A DNA stretch of 63,554 nt, counting the filler. It is 6 parts of 6 records of this genome, joined end to end, with 100 filler letters (N's around TTAATTAATTAA, not from the genome) between each part and the next. Parts side by side here need not be neighbours in the genome. Positions count along the whole stretch, not along the records: positions 58,477 to 63,554 come from SRR2962707_4468; 5 more parts are not named here. One strand, 5' to 3'. Position numbers and translations under genes: made by a program. Each line of letters starts with the position of its first letter. Position 1 is the stretch's first letter. Positions 62,280 through 63,554 of this stretch are shown in pieces. The notes below the pieces were generated by a model. That model was not told the DNA's origin and ran no database searches. It saw nothing but the letters and a program-made list of their open reading frames with translations.

Positions 62280-62945
62280 ATGTCCGACTTCGTGCCCAAG
62301 GATCCACTGGCCGATCCCGCAGCAACCGCGGCATCGTATTCTGACCTCAGGCACGCCCCTGCGACAGTGCGCAACCGGGAGCCGATCCGACAGGCGCTGG
62401 CCGAACTGCTTCCTGTCCAGCAATGCACGGTGCTTGAAGTCGCCTCGGGCTCTGGGGAGCATGCCCTGTGGATGGCGCGCGCCCTGCCGCAGGTGACATG
62501 GGCGCCGAGCGAAGCGACTGCGGACGGCCTCGCTGCCATTGAGGCTTGGCGTGCGCTCTGCCCTGACCTCGCTGATCGCGTCCTGCCACCTGTGCTGATC
62601 GACGCCGACCGGCCGCCGTGGCCCGGTGCGCCTGTGGATGCGGTCTTCGTCGCGAACCTCACCCATATCGCCCCGTGGTCGGCGACGCTGGGCCTCGTCA
62701 AAGGCGCTGCGGCGCGGCTCGTCGCTGGCGGGCTTCTGTTGACTTATGGCCCCTTCAACGAGGGCGGCGGTTTCACGGGGCATGGCAACGCCGCCTTCGA
62801 TGCCGATCTGCGCAATCGGAACCCGCTTTGGGGCCTGCGCGACCGCGAGGCAGTGGACGCGATAGCCTCGGCACACGGATTCCTCGTTGAACCGGCGCGT
62901 GAAATGCCGGCAAACAACCGCCTGCTTGTTTATCGTCACCCCTGA
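62280..62945 (+). CDS. DUF938 SAM-dependent methyltransferase
   Basis: APAT.RNREPI, VLEVASGSGEH, N.THI.PW, YGPF, N..FD..LR.RNP.WGLRD, MPANN. Confidence 0.92.
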   Translation: MSDFVPKDPLADPAATAASYSDLRHAPATVRNREPIRQALAELLPVQQCTVLEVASGSGEHALWMARALPQVTWAPSEATADGLAAIEAWRALCPDLADRVLPPVLIDADRPPWPGAPVDAVFVANLTHIAPWSATLGLVKGAAARLVAGGLLLTYGPFNEGGGFTGHGNAAFDADLRNRNPLWGLRDREAVDAIASAHGFLVEPAREMPANNRLLVYRHP

Positions 62946-63183
62946 AGCAAACCGCACCGGCATCCTCGAATGCACTGCCCGCTTATCCCCAAAACGGTGG
63001 TTCCCAAGCGCACCATAAAGAGCCTGAAGCATGCCATGTTCCTGGTTGAACGGCGCGAGGCGCCGGTCCTCGGCCGCCATTTGGCGACCTCGGGCGGCTG
63101 GAACCGGTCAACAAGGCTTGTCGCTGCAAGACCTGTGCGACATTCTCAGGCGGACACACCGCAAAAAGGCCATACCTGCTGCC

Positions 63184-63426
63184 ATGTCCAAGAAGACCCA
63201 GAACGAGGCCAACCTCCAAAAGGTGTGCGCGGAAAAGCTCGCCGCCCTTCAACGCCGCGCGCGGATGTAACTTAGCGCCGCCCAAGGTCCCCAGGAAGTT
63301 GCCGCCGATCTGCGCAAACGCTTCGCATCGCTGCGGCGCGCGACCGGCTTTGTCGACTGGCGCAAGCAACGGGCGCTGGTCAAGGATCTGGAGGGTCTGT
63401 TGGGCATGATCGAAACCGCTATCGCC
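63184..63426 (+). pseudogene. DUF6880-like gene remnant
   Basis: MSKKT.N.ANL....AEKLAAL...RR.RM*LSAAQGP..VA.D.RKRFASLRRA..FVDWRKQRALVKDL; TAA at 63268. Confidence 0.6.
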
Positions 63427-63554
63427 ACGCGGCGCGCCACCTTGCCGAATGTCAGTCCTGCGATGCCGGCATCGAGGACTATGGCGATCTTCCCTCGCAT
63501 GGGCAGTTTCTTGAGGTCCTCAAGCGGGATTGCCAAGTTGTTGACCGTGGCATT

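Noticed and set aside
62148-63080. 310 aa minus-strand ORF and similar long antisense ORFs (21833-22756, 44208-45131, 57377-58432)
   Set aside because: Shadow frames opposite well-supported genes in GC-rich DNA, with no recognisable motifs

Overview
This window is not one locus. It is six unrelated contigs joined by 100-nt artificial spacers (N44-TTAATTAATTAA-N44), consistent with a marine metagenome; all taxon calls are inferred from gene content and sequence style. (1) 1-8426, Rhodospirillales (Thalassospira-like): OsmC, methyltransferase, iron/B12-type ABC importer, eutBC, YciI, rubrerythrin, Irr. (2) 8527-19388, a microbial eukaryote: a giant two-exon gene (~2866 aa) with signal peptide, C2 domain, about 20 or more TM helices, a calpain CysPc domain whose catalytic Cys and His are replaced, domain III and a WW domain, plus a convergent orphan with a nucleotidyltransferase-like motif. 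(3) 19489-30334, Rhizobiales (Hoeflea-like): rplQ, degP, rarA, panE-like, hemG-like, crcB, rluC, HAD, ATP12, fghA, frmA. (4) 30435-40194, Bacteroidota: exbB/exbD, HNH, smpB, tsaD, tamB, rnpB. (5) 40295-58376, Roseobacter group: housekeeping genes, thyA-folA with NrdR-like boxes, and a complete bufferin-type MNIO RiPP cluster (DUF2282-DUF692-DUF2063-DoxX) next to thrS. (6) 58477-63554, a decaying mobilisable island: an integrase cut by an IS6-like end, a ColE1-type MOB_HEN relaxase with a nested out-of-frame gene, mobC, a DUF938 methyltransferase and a DUF6880-like pseudogene. The most unusual item is the membrane-spanning pseudo-calpain. Family calls come from motif recognition only; no searches were run.
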